Assembly: GCA_947631385.1 (NCBI GenBank)
Contig: CANRLE010000002.1
Coordinates: forward strand, 1-58,466
From: an uncultured Clostridia bacterium
GTDB taxonomy: Bacteria; Bacillota; Clostridia; TANB77; CAG-508
Length of the DNA stretch: 58,466 nucleotides
Direction: 5' to 3'
The notes under the pieces are model-generated. The model was not told the origin of the DNA. It made no database searches and saw only the letters and a list, made by a program, of their open reading frames with translations. How positions within the stretch are numbered: position 1 is the first letter of the stretch; every line of letters begins with the position of its first letter. The translations under genes and the position numbers were made by a program. Of this stretch, positions 48,382 to 57,129 are shown in pieces.

Positions 48382-49605
48382 ATGAGAGTAAAAATACAAA
48401 TGAAAATCACGCTAAAAAAGATTATAACTTTTTTAGCCTTTATAATTAGTTTATTATATGTAGTTATTTTTTATAACTTCTATTTTGCAAGAAACGATGT
48501 ATATGCAACTGAAGAAACTACAGCTAATATCAGTGAAACAGTGATTAGTCAGGCAAAAGAAGTGGATATAGAAAATATTATAGAACAAAATGTAGAACAA
48601 GGTAAAAAAGAAGAATACAGTGTAGAAGAAACAATTTTAGAATATTTAACAATATATCGAAATAATCCTAGTTTACCAAAAGGAACAATACAAGTAGTGC
48701 AAGAAGGTAGAGAAGGAAAACAAGAGATTACAACTAAAAAAACTTATAAGAATGAAGAATTAATTTCGGAAGAACAAATATCAAGTAAAATAACAAAAGG
48801 TTCAGTTAATAAGATTGTTGAAATAGGTACATCGAATTATACAAGTAGCTACAAAGTAAAAGTAGGAGATAAAATATATGTTACTTCAGACAGATTACCA
48901 GTTAGATTTGAATCAAATGAAAATTCTCAAAAAGTAGCGACATTAACTAAACAAAATGAATTAAAAGTATTAGAAATACAAGAAGAATGGTATAAAATAT
49001 CATGTGAAGGTGTTATTGGATATGTTAAAGCAGAAGGAACTACATATATAAATAATAATGCTAAGCAAGAAATAAATGATACAACAGCAAAAAGTAAAAC
49101 ACAATTAACAGCAAATTTAGATTTTGGGATGGCATTAAATAAGCCAAGTGGACTTACATTAGAACAATTTAAGAAAATCTTATCAGACAGCAAAGATGTG
49201 AATAAAGTATTTGAAAACAATGCAGAATATTTTTATTACATAGAACAACAATATAATATAAATGGAGTTTTTGTAGCAGCAGTGGGTATTCATGAGAGTG
49301 CATGGGGAACTTCTAAAATTTCAAGGGACAAAAATAACTTATTTGGTTATGGAGCTTATGATTCTAATCCATATAATGGAGCCTATAGTTTTTCTAATTA
49401 TTCAGAAAGTATTGATTTAATAGCAAGAGTATTTGTTAAATATTATATAAATCCAAAAGGGACAAGCATTTATGGTGGTGAACAAGCAGTAGGAACATAT
49501 TATTATGGTTCAAATTTAAGTGCAATTAACACAAAGTATGCAACTGATAAAAACTGGGCAAATGGTGTTTATCAACATATGAAATATTTATACAATAAAT
49601 TGTAA
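48382..49605 (+). CDS. Peptidoglycan hydrolase: TM anchor, G5 domain, SH3b domain, GH73 N-acetylglucosaminidase domain
   Basis: G5-like TIQVVQEGREGKQEITTKKTYKNEE...VNKIVEIGT. SH3b-like VGDKIYVTSDRLPVRFE...WYKISCEGVIGYV. GH73 AAVGIHESAWGTSKISRDKNNLFGYGAYD. Confidence 0.8.
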   Translation: MRVKIQMKITLKKIITFLAFIISLLYVVIFYNFYFARNDVYATEETTANISETVISQAKEVDIENIIEQNVEQGKKEEYSVEETILEYLTIYRNNPSLPKGTIQVVQEGREGKQEITTKKTYKNEELISEEQISSKITKGSVNKIVEIGTSNYTSSYKVKVGDKIYVTSDRLPVRFESNENSQKVATLTKQNELKVLEIQEEWYKISCEGVIGYVKAEGTTYINNNAKQEINDTTAKSKTQLTANLDFGMALNKPSGLTLEQFKKILSDSKDVNKVFENNAEYFYYIEQQYNINGVFVAAVGIHESAWGTSKISRDKNNLFGYGAYDSNPYNGAYSFSNYSESIDLIARVFVKYYINPKGTSIYGGEQAVGTYYYGSNLSAINTKYATDKNWANGVYQHMKYLYNKL

Positions 49606-49685
49606 AAAATTCTTGATATTTTTTACAATTTATTGTATGATATAAGAGCAAGAATGAAGGAAGACTTAAGAAAGGGGCATAAAAT

Positions 49686-50093
49686 ATGAAAAAAGGGATT
49701 ATAATCATTGCTGTAATCATGCTAATAATGGTAATATGTTTTGGGGCAAATAAAATTTATGCAGCAGATAAAGCAATTGATGAAGAAACAGAAAGTAAAA
49801 TTGTAGAAATTAAAGAAAACATGGCTAGTTCATTAGAAGATTACAAAGCTAAGTATGGGTCTGACTCTTATGGAACAGTTGCATATATTTTGAATATAGT
49901 TAGAATTTATAGCATACCATTTTGTTTTTTGGGAATAGTAATTGGAGCTATATATCAATATGTAATTGGTATCAGAAAGTTAGATGTACTAGAAAAAGGA
50001 ATGGCATTAATTGTGTCATTTGTAACAATTTTAATAATATGCCAGATTTTACCACTTGCATTTGCAGTGTTTGTAAAATTTGGGAGGGGGTAA
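49686..50093 (+). CDS. Small secreted/membrane protein (signal peptide plus 2 TM), unknown function
   Basis: RBS AAGGGG. Signal-like N-terminus ...NKIYA/AD and two C-terminal hydrophobic helices. Confidence 0.55.
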   Translation: MKKGIIIIAVIMLIMVICFGANKIYAADKAIDEETESKIVEIKENMASSLEDYKAKYGSDSYGTVAYILNIVRIYSIPFCFLGIVIGAIYQYVIGIRKLDVLEKGMALIVSFVTILIICQILPLAFAVFVKFGRG

Positions 50094-50096
50094 CAA

Positions 50097-52316
50097 ATGA
50101 AAGTTTTATTTGCTGTAAGTAATGAGGAAATATCAGAGGCAATTGTAAAAAAATATCAAAAGGAGTACAAGCAGATTATTTCTTACAAAAATGTATATTA
50201 CTTCAATGCAATATTAAAAGAATTACAAAAAGATAAATCTTATGATAGGATAGTAATAAGTGAAGATTTGGAAGCATTTACACATTCACAATATGATCAA
50301 ATTGACAAATTTATTTTTGACAAATTAGATAGTATAAGTGATGAAGCTTCAAACACAAGAGGAAATGATATTCCTATTATCTTAATATGTTCAGATAGAA
50401 GAACAAAATCAGAAGATATGTTAGTAAAATTATTTGGCATAGGAGTTTATGATGCTATCATAGGAAATGATAGAAGTGTAGATGAAGTATGTCGATTAAT
50501 TAATAGACCACGTGGAAAAAAAGAAGCGAAAGCCTATTATAAAATAGATACAGAGGAAGTAAAATATAAGTCAGAAAATGAAAATGATGTTAGTGAAATG
50601 GAAATTCAAAACATTGTTGCACACTATAAGAGATTAGGAAAAAATGAAGATAGATATATCGATAGCTTTAATAACATAGCTGCTCAATACAATGATACAC
50701 AATTAAGAATAATCTCAAAATTTTTACCATTAAACGTGCGAGCTGTATTAGAAGAGAAATCACCAAAATATCAACAAGTGATGTCTTTTAATAATAGTGT
50801 TTCTGACAAATTGCGTAAAAATAAAAATGAGAAAGATGAAGAAGATGGTCCAAGTCAAGTATTATTAAAATCAAAAAATAGAGATACTATAATTACAAAA
50901 CCAGTTGTAATACCATCTGCGGTAAATATGAGTGGAACAAGAAAATTAGCAAAACATAAGTCAAATATAGAACCAGAAGAAGAACCAGAAGTACAAATAA
51001 CACCAGAAAACATAGAAGAAAATACACCTATAGTAGCAGCAGAACCAGTAAAAAAAGGAAGAGGAAGACCTAGAAAGAATCCTATCCCAGCTACTACAAG
51101 TGATGTTACACAGGTAAAAAGAGGAAGAGGAAGACCAAAAAAGAATATTGTTGTAGAGCCAGAAGAACCAGAGATAGAAAATGATGGTATGCTACCAGGA
51201 ATAGATTTACAAGAAGAACCAGAAGAGAATTATTTACCCGGATGGGATGAGCCAGAACCAGAAGAAAATATGTTACCGGGAATTGACGAACAACCAGAAC
51301 AAATAGTTCAGCAACCAGAGCCTCAATATGATGAACCAGAACCAATATTCCAGCAACCAGAGCCTCAATACGATGAACCAGAACCTGAATATGTTCCTGA
51401 ACCACAGTTCCAGCAACCAGAACCTCAATATAAAACAGAAATAGCCTCAACAGATGAAATTGATTTATCAAGCTTATTAACACCAGACAAGAAAATAGTT
51501 ACATTTGTAGGAACAAGTAAAAATGGAACATCATTTATAGTAAATAATATTGCAGAATTAATGTCATCAATTGGAATTAACACAGCAATATTAGATACAA
51601 CACAAAACAGAAACTCTTATTATATTTATACTAAAAATGAGGAAGAACTAAGAGAAATTGCAACACATAGTATAGAGGGATTAGCAAAAGGAGAAGCAAA
51701 AGGAGTAAAAGTAAATCAAAATCTTACAGTATATACATCTTTACCAAATGAAAATGATTATATTTATCAAGTTGGACCAATTTTAGAAACATTAATAAAA
51801 AATTATTCTTTAATCTTGATAGACACAGACTTTGAGACACCAACTGACTACTTTAAAGAGTCACAAGAAACATATTTAGTACAAACTATGGACATTTTAA
51901 CAATACAGCCACTAACAGCATTTTTGAAAGAATTAAAGATGAAAAATATCTTAGATGAAAGAAAGCTAAGAATAGTATTAAATAAAGTGGTAAAAATAAG
52001 AGGAATTAAAGATTCAACAATTATAGGAGGAATGGCATTTTACAATGACCCATCTATGTCATTTATGACAGAATTATTTGATAGGGATAGAATTAAATAT
52101 GTAACAATACCTTTTGAGGAAGAAACTTATATTAAATATTTAGAAGGCATTATAAATTGTGAAATTTCATTGAAAGGATATTCAAAAATATTCATGCAAA
52201 CATTAAAAGAATTAGGTAATATGATATATCCTATTATAACATCAACACCTAAGAACTATCAGCCACCATTGGCAAATAATAGACGGAGGAAATGGCTTTT
52301 CTTCAAGCATGAATAA
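50097..52316 (+). CDS. Multidomain protein: receiver-like N-domain, two AT-hooks, Pro/Glu-rich repeats, C-terminal ParA/MinD/CpaE-like domain with a degenerate Walker A
   Basis: N-terminal KVLFAVSN...RIVISEDL...IILICSD (CheY-like pattern). KKGRGRPRKNP and KRGRGRPKKN. QQPEPQYDEPEP repeats. VTFVGTSKNGTSFIVNNIAE...ILDT...LILIDTD is colinear with deviant-Walker ATPases but lacks the GK(S/T). Confidence 0.55.
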   Translation: MKVLFAVSNEEISEAIVKKYQKEYKQIISYKNVYYFNAILKELQKDKSYDRIVISEDLEAFTHSQYDQIDKFIFDKLDSISDEASNTRGNDIPIILICSDRRTKSEDMLVKLFGIGVYDAIIGNDRSVDEVCRLINRPRGKKEAKAYYKIDTEEVKYKSENENDVSEMEIQNIVAHYKRLGKNEDRYIDSFNNIAAQYNDTQLRIISKFLPLNVRAVLEEKSPKYQQVMSFNNSVSDKLRKNKNEKDEEDGPSQVLLKSKNRDTIITKPVVIPSAVNMSGTRKLAKHKSNIEPEEEPEVQITPENIEENTPIVAAEPVKKGRGRPRKNPIPATTSDVTQVKRGRGRPKKNIVVEPEEPEIENDGMLPGIDLQEEPEENYLPGWDEPEPEENMLPGIDEQPEQIVQQPEPQYDEPEPIFQQPEPQYDEPEPEYVPEPQFQQPEPQYKTEIASTDEIDLSSLLTPDKKIVTFVGTSKNGTSFIVNNIAELMSSIGINTAILDTTQNRNSYYIYTKNEEELREIATHSIEGLAKGEAKGVKVNQNLTVYTSLPNENDYIYQVGPILETLIKNYSLILIDTDFETPTDYFKESQETYLVQTMDILTIQPLTAFLKELKMKNILDERKLRIVLNKVVKIRGIKDSTIIGGMAFYNDPSMSFMTELFDRDRIKYVTIPFEEETYIKYLEGIINCEISLKGYSKIFMQTLKELGNMIYPIITSTPKNYQPPLANNRRRKWLFFKHE
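51309..51435. repeat. In-frame imperfect tandem repeats (unit cagcaaccagagcctcaata(t/c)gatgaaccagaacc)
   Basis: Three copies of QQPEPQY(D/K) read directly. More degenerate EEPEENxLPG(I/W)D repeats lie upstream at 51180-51300. Confidence 0.8.
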
Positions 52317-52371
52317 CACATTAGATAAAATGAAAAGAAGTTATTAAAACAGAAAGAGGAGGGAAAACAAC

Positions 52372-53517
52372 GTGATTATAGCAGTTGTAGTAATTCTAGT
52401 GTTAATTGTAATGGGATTAGTTATATACAATGTAACCATTCACAAGAAAATACAGAAATTTAAAAATATGAATCAAAAAATTACTAATTTATATGTTGTA
52501 CAAGATTTTATGAACGCAATAGGAGAAACATCAAGTGTTGAAGAAAAAATAAAGAAAATCAATGATATTATGATTGAAAGATATGAAATTAAATATTCAA
52601 CAATAGTTGTATTTGATGGAGCAGAATATCAAGTAAAGGCATCAAATGTAGATCCAAAACATTGGAATGCACTAAAAGCTCTACAAAATGTAGATATGTT
52701 CAAAGACAGTATTCAATCTGCAACACCAAAATATGTAACAGTAAATAATGAAAATGAAAAACTTCCTTATCAAGAAATGGAATTTGGAAGAGCAAAATCA
52801 GCAATATTTTTCCCTCTTTATATTGACAATGTTTATATTGGTTATTGGATTATAGAAAGTGGAACACCACATGATTTTGATAATGTAGATACTACTGTAC
52901 TAGAGGTAATAAAGGAAAATATAGTATCAGTACTAAAAACTGTAGTACATCAAAAAACATTAGAATCTATTGTAAGAAAAGACTTATTTACTGGATTATA
53001 TTCAGAGGAATATTTGTATGGTGAAGGAAAGAAGACAATAGACCAATATACATTATCAACTATATGTATGTTTAAAATAATTAATCTTCAAGAAATAAAT
53101 AAAAAATATTGTAGAGAATTAGGAAACAAAGTAGTTACTGAAGTTAGCAAATATATTAAAGATAATATTGTTCCAGACTATGTATTTGTACGTTATATGG
53201 GACCTAAATTTGTTATAGCATTTTCAGGAGTAGAAGCTAATGGTGTAGCAGACTTTCTAAATGAAATAAAAGAAAAAGTAGAAGCAATGGATATAGAACT
53301 AACAGAAGAAGAAAAGAAAGAACTAGAATTAGAAGTTAAATTGCAACCAAGCAAAAAAGGAACTAAAACTACTGAAACAAAAGAAGTTGCAAAACCAAAA
53401 CTAAATTTTGTAATTTCGTCTTATTACAAAGGTACAGGCTTAGAAGAAGTTCTAAAGAAATTAGAGGAATACTTAGATTATGCAGATGCTAAAGAAAGTG
53501 ATATAACTAACATATAG
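52372..53517 (+). CDS. Membrane-anchored GAF-like plus degenerate GGDEF-domain protein
   Basis: GTG start with GAGGAGGG RBS. N-terminal TM. RKDLFTGLYSEEY (compare D.LTGL.NR) ... FVRYMGPKFVIAF sits where RxGGDEF is expected, so the GG(D/E)EF motif is lost. Confidence 0.6.
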   Translation: MIIAVVVILVLIVMGLVIYNVTIHKKIQKFKNMNQKITNLYVVQDFMNAIGETSSVEEKIKKINDIMIERYEIKYSTIVVFDGAEYQVKASNVDPKHWNALKALQNVDMFKDSIQSATPKYVTVNNENEKLPYQEMEFGRAKSAIFFPLYIDNVYIGYWIIESGTPHDFDNVDTTVLEVIKENIVSVLKTVVHQKTLESIVRKDLFTGLYSEEYLYGEGKKTIDQYTLSTICMFKIINLQEINKKYCRELGNKVVTEVSKYIKDNIVPDYVFVRYMGPKFVIAFSGVEANGVADFLNEIKEKVEAMDIELTEEEKKELELEVKLQPSKKGTKTTETKEVAKPKLNFVISSYYKGTGLEEVLKKLEEYLDYADAKESDITNI

Positions 53518-53547
53518 AGTAATACATAAAAAGGAGGATTTTAAAAT

Positions 53548-53805
53548 ATGGAATTTGATAAAACAATGCATTTTGAAGTGGAACGTGAAAAGAATATAAA
53601 AAGTAAAGAAATTTTGAAAGAAGTACATGAAGCATTGGTAGAAAAAGGATATAATCCAATAAATCAAATAGTAGGTTATATTTTATCCGGAGATCCAACT
53701 TATATTACAAGTCACAAAGATGCTAGAAACAAAATAAGAACAATAGAAAGAGACGAATTACTAGAAAAAATGGTAAGAAATTATATAGGATTAGATGAAG
53801 AATAA
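53548..53805 (+). CDS. IreB/YrzL family (UPF0297) regulatory phosphoprotein
   Basis: [40 protein letters not shown] is the family signature. 85 aa. Confidence 0.85.
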   Translation: MEFDKTMHFEVEREKNIKSKEILKEVHEALVEKGYNPINQIVGYILSGDPTYITSHKDARNKIRTIERDELLEKMVRNYIGLDEE

Positions 53806-53806
53806 T

Positions 53807-54247
53807 ATGAGAATATTAGGAATTGATTATGGAGAAGCAAGAGTAGGAATAGCTATAACTGATGCTTTAAACTTAACGGCACAAGGTTTAGAGACGATTC
53901 AAAGAAATGGAACGGATAAAACGATTTTAAAAAGATTAGACGAAATAATGGAAAATTATGAAATAGAAACTATAGTAGTTGGTATGCCATTAAATATGAA
54001 TGGAACGATTTCAGAAAGAGCTAAAATAACTCAAGAATTTATTCATAAACTAAAATGCAAATACAACAAAATAAAAATAGACACGATAGATGAAAGATTA
54101 ACAACAGTGGAAGCACATAAAACGATGAATTTTTTAGAAATTAACAAGAATAAAAAGAAAAATATAGTAGATACTATATCTGCAGTCTATATTTTAGAAA
54201 CATATTTAAATAAATTAAAAAATTCATTGCAAAATAATTTAAAATAG
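53807..54247 (+). CDS. ruvX: Holliday-junction-resolvase-like pre-16S rRNA nuclease YqgF/RuvX
   Basis: MRILGIDYGEARVGIAITD...VVGMPLNMNGT...DERLTT. ATG at 53807 directly follows the ireB-like stop. Confidence 0.85.
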   Translation: MRILGIDYGEARVGIAITDALNLTAQGLETIQRNGTDKTILKRLDEIMENYEIETIVVGMPLNMNGTISERAKITQEFIHKLKCKYNKIKIDTIDERLTTVEAHKTMNFLEINKNKKKNIVDTISAVYILETYLNKLKNSLQNNLK

Positions 54248-54288
54248 TTTATTATATTTAATATAATAAAAATGAAAGGAGAAAAATA

Positions 54289-54597
54289 ATGGAAGAAAAC
54301 TTTGAGGATGAAGAATTAGATAATATTGTAATACTAAATGATGAAGATGGAAATGAAGTAAAATTTGAATTTTTGGATTTAGTTGAATTAGATGATGAGG
54401 AATATGTAGTATTATTACCTGTTTCAGAAGAAGGAGAAGAAGAAGAAGGAGAGGTAGTAATATTAAAAGTAGAAGATACTGACGATGATGATGCAGAGGA
54501 AGAATCATATGTAAGTATTGAAGATGAAGAAGTTTTAAACAAAGTATTTGAAATATTTAAAGAAAAATTCAAAGATGATTTTGATTTCGTAGATTAA
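54289..54597 (+). CDS. DUF1292 (YrzB-like) acidic protein
   Basis: IVILNDEDGNEVKFEFLDLVELDDEEYVVLLP. Conserved synteny with IreB and RuvX. Confidence 0.8.
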   Translation: MEENFEDEELDNIVILNDEDGNEVKFEFLDLVELDDEEYVVLLPVSEEGEEEEGEVVILKVEDTDDDDAEEESYVSIEDEEVLNKVFEIFKEKFKDDFDFVD

Positions 54598-54604
54598 TTA
54601 ACAA

Positions 54605-54634
54605 AGAGTGGGATATTATTTAAAATCCCACTCT
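54605..54634 (+). terminator. Stem-loop (agagtggga / tcccactct), probable terminator
   Basis: Perfect 9-bp stem with a 12-nt loop directly after the stop. There is no strong T-tract. Confidence 0.4.
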
Positions 54635-54666
54635 ATAACATGTAATAAAATAGGAGGAAGAAACCA

Positions 54667-55158
54667 ATGAAAAATCTATCAACATGGTTATTAGTCATGT
54701 TTATGGCAATGTTTTGGGTGCTTAGAATTATTATTGCAGTATTTCACGAACTTGGGGATGACTTTGCAGGTATTGCACCATTTAATCAAACTATGGAAAT
54801 TATCTTATTATTTGTTGTATTATTATGTATGTTATTAATAGTAAAAAGAAAAGTAATAGGTGCTTTAATCTATCTATTAGCTTATGGAATGTATTTTGGA
54901 ACTGACTTAATGACTGGAATTACAGCTTTAATGTCAGCTGAACCTAATATTAATATATCTACAGCAGGTACATATCTAGGTACATTTATTTCCTTGATAG
55001 GAGTTGCTCTTCCATTAGCCGTACTTTTTGATTTACTATTAGATAAAAATAGAAAGGCCAATCCGAAAGATAAAAAGACAGATTGGTTTTATAAGAATGA
55101 ACAGTTCGATAGAAAGATGGATGATAGAGCCGATAAAAATAATTATAGAACATTATAA
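54667..55158 (+). CDS. Membrane protein (4 TM), unknown function
   Basis: RBS AGGAGGAAG. Hydrophobic profile with a basic C-terminal tail. Confidence 0.55.
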   Translation: MKNLSTWLLVMFMAMFWVLRIIIAVFHELGDDFAGIAPFNQTMEIILLFVVLLCMLLIVKRKVIGALIYLLAYGMYFGTDLMTGITALMSAEPNINISTAGTYLGTFISLIGVALPLAVLFDLLLDKNRKANPKDKKTDWFYKNEQFDRKMDDRADKNNYRTL

Positions 55159-55191
55159 GGATTTGGGGACGGCCCCATAATCCTTATTTTT
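55153..55191 (+). terminator. Rho-independent terminator with a GC-rich core (copy 2 of the repeated element)
   Basis: Hairpin ataaggatttgggg-acgg-ccccataatccttat (14 bp with one bulged A) followed by a T-run. The stop codon lies in the stem. Confidence 0.8.
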
Positions 55192-55222
55192 AAATAAAAT
55201 GGGTTATCTAAGGGAGAAAGCA

Positions 55223-55513
55223 ATGAAAGAAAAAGTATATGATTTCTTGAGAACTATCCCTAAAGGAAAAGTAGTAACTTATGGGCAAATAGCAGAATAT
55301 TTAGGAAATAAACAACTTGCAAGAGTTGTTGGAAATATTCTTCATAATAATCCAGATGAATGTAAGTATCCTTGCTATAAAGTTGTAGATAGCAAAGGAT
55401 ATTTATCAAAACATTTTGCGTTTGGCGGAATAGAGAAACAAAAAGAAAAATTGGAAAGAGAAGGAATAGTTGTTAAAGATTATAAAGTTGATTTAGATAA
55501 GTATAGAATGTAA
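55223..55513 (+). CDS. MGMT-family protein (stand-alone O6-alkylguanine-transferase DNA-binding domain)
   Basis: VYDFLRTIPKGKVVTYGQIAEYLG...ARVVGNILHNNP...YPCYKVV. The active-site region reads PCYKV rather than PCHRV. I prefer the ATG at 55223, which has an AAGGGAG RBS. Confidence 0.7.
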   Translation: MKEKVYDFLRTIPKGKVVTYGQIAEYLGNKQLARVVGNILHNNPDECKYPCYKVVDSKGYLSKHFAFGGIEKQKEKLEREGIVVKDYKVDLDKYRM

Positions 55514-55535
55514 TAAATTGTAAGGATGTGAAAAG

Positions 55536-56405
55536 ATGGAAAATAGCAAAACAAATATTAACTGGTACCCAGGACATATGGCAAAAACTAAAAAGCAAAT
55601 AGAAGAGGATTTAAAAATAGTAGACATTGTAATCGAATTACTAGACAGTAGAATACCAATATCGAGCCAAAATCCAAACATAGCAGATATAACAGCCAAA
55701 AAAAAGAAATTAATAGTATTAAATAAATGTGACTTAGCCGATGAAAAACAAAATCAATCATGGTTAAAACATTTTGAACAAAAAGGAATACCAGTAGCAT
55801 TAGTAGATTCAAATTCTGGAAAAGGAATTGACCAATGCATAAGAAAAATAGAAGACATCATGAAAGAAGAACTAAAAATACAGGCAAATAAAGGAAGAAT
55901 AGGAAGAAAAATAAGAGCGATGGTATTAGGGATACCAAATGTAGGAAAATCATCTTTTATCAATAGGATATCTAAAAGGACATCAGCAGATGTTGGCAAT
56001 AAACCAGGTGTTACAAAGCAAAAGCAATGGATTAGAATAAATGATAAAATAGAATTATTAGATACACCAGGTGTATTATGGCCAAAATTTGAAAGTGAAG
56101 AAGTTGCATTAAATTTAGCTATGACAGGAACTATTAAAGAAGATATTTTAGATAAGGTAGATATTGCATACTATTTAACAAAATTTTTAATAGAAAATGA
56201 ATTAGAAAAATTATGTGAAAGATACAAAATATCAAAAGAAGTTATTGAAGAAAAAGAAAATGCATATGAAGTAATGTTAGAAATAGGAAAGAAGAGAGGA
56301 TGCATCATTTCAGGAGGAAATATTGATGAAGAAAAAACAGCGAGAATAATATTAGATGAATTCAAAAATGGTAAAATAGGAAGAATTACAATTGAAAGGA
56401 TATAA
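55536..56405 (+). CDS. rbgA: Ribosome biogenesis GTPase A (YlqF/RbgA, circularly permuted GTPase)
   Basis: INWYPGHMAKTKK, LNKCDL (G4) preceding GIPNVGKSSFINR (G1), and DTPG. Confidence 0.9.
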   Translation: MENSKTNINWYPGHMAKTKKQIEEDLKIVDIVIELLDSRIPISSQNPNIADITAKKKKLIVLNKCDLADEKQNQSWLKHFEQKGIPVALVDSNSGKGIDQCIRKIEDIMKEELKIQANKGRIGRKIRAMVLGIPNVGKSSFINRISKRTSADVGNKPGVTKQKQWIRINDKIELLDTPGVLWPKFESEEVALNLAMTGTIKEDILDKVDIAYYLTKFLIENELEKLCERYKISKEVIEEKENAYEVMLEIGKKRGCIISGGNIDEEKTARIILDEFKNGKIGRITIERI

Positions 56406-56406
56406 T

Positions 56407-56811
56407 ATGGAAGAAATAATAGAACTCAATCGACCAGAAGATGAAATTAATTTACTTTCACCATTAACATGGGCATATATAGGTGATTGTGTATATGAAC
56501 TATATATTAGAACAAATTTAGTAAATAAAACAAATTTAAAGCCACATAAATTACATATAGAAACAATTAAGTATGTAAAAGCCAAAAATCAAGCAAAATT
56601 ACTAGAAAAAATACAAGATAAATTGACAGAGGAAGAGAAAAACATAGTAAGACGTGGTAGAAATGCGGAAAATCATCATTTACCTAAAAATGCAAATGTA
56701 CAGGAATATATGCATGCAACTGCTTTTGAAGCATTAATAGGTTACTTATATTTGACAAAAAAACATAGTAGATTAAAGGAAATTCTGGATTTCTTAAGCA
56801 ACAACACTTGA
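56407..56811 (+). CDS. mrnC: Mini-ribonuclease III
   Basis: LSPLTWAYIGDCVYELYIR...VKAKNQAKLL...RGRN...YMHATAFEALIGYLYL. Confidence 0.85.
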   Translation: MEEIIELNRPEDEINLLSPLTWAYIGDCVYELYIRTNLVNKTNLKPHKLHIETIKYVKAKNQAKLLEKIQDKLTEEEKNIVRRGRNAENHHLPKNANVQEYMHATAFEALIGYLYLTKKHSRLKEILDFLSNNT

Positions 56812-56836
56812 CAAAACAAGAAAAAAATTGTATAAT
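56808..56836 (+). promoter_or_regulatory. Consensus sigma-A promoter (TTGACA-17 nt-TATAAT) for rpmF
   Basis: Both hexamers are perfect with a 17-nt spacer. Overlaps the mrnC stop codon. Confidence 0.75.
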
Positions 56837-56879
56837 TTTACAAGCTATACCTATATCTAAAAGCAAGGAGGGAATTATA

Positions 56880-57071
56880 ATGGCACAACCAAAAAGAAGA
56901 TGGTCAAAAGCAAGGACACATTCAAAAAGATCAACATGGAAAAAAGAAAATCCAACATTTTCAAGTTGTCCACATTGTCACGAACCAATAATGCCACATA
57001 GAGTATGCAAAAACTGTGGTTACTATGATGGAAAAGAGGTCGTAGCAAAAAAAGAAACTGAAAATGCATAA
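56880..57071 (+). CDS. rpmF: 50S ribosomal protein L32
   Basis: MAQPKRRWSKARTHSKRS...CPHCHEPIMPHRVCKNCGYY. AGGAGGG RBS. The ORF track's 56808 start is upstream of the promoter's -10 box. Confidence 0.9.
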   Translation: MAQPKRRWSKARTHSKRSTWKKENPTFSSCPHCHEPIMPHRVCKNCGYYDGKEVVAKKETENA

Positions 57072-57083
57072 GGAAAATAAATA

Positions 57084-57113
57084 GCGCTTATATTACAGAA
57101 TATAGGCGTTTTT
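57084..57113 (+). terminator. Rho-independent terminator of rpmF
   Basis: 9-bp stem cgcttatat / atataggcg (one G-T pair), 6-nt loop, then T6. Confidence 0.75.
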
Positions 57114-57129
57114 TAAGAAGGTGTAATAA

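Noticed and set aside
49600-49628. 11-bp inverted repeat ttgtaaaaaat / attttttacaa after the peptidoglycan hydrolase gene
   Set aside because: Only one G-C pair is present. It may be a weak terminator but cannot be supported from sequence alone.
49922-50122. Alternative-frame + strand ORF overlapping the end of 49686-50093 and the start of 50097-52316
   Set aside because: It has no RBS and a Cys/Asn-rich nonsense-like product. It is fully explained by the two well-signalled flanking genes.
51106-51483. Minus-strand ORF antisense to the Pro/Glu repeat region
   Set aside because: It is an artefact of the repetitive CCAGAA/GAACCA sense codons, and no independent signals support it.
54239-54572. 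Minus-strand ORFs antisense to the DUF1292 gene
   Set aside because: They lie opposite GAA/GAT-rich acidic codons. The sense gene has conserved synteny and a good RBS.
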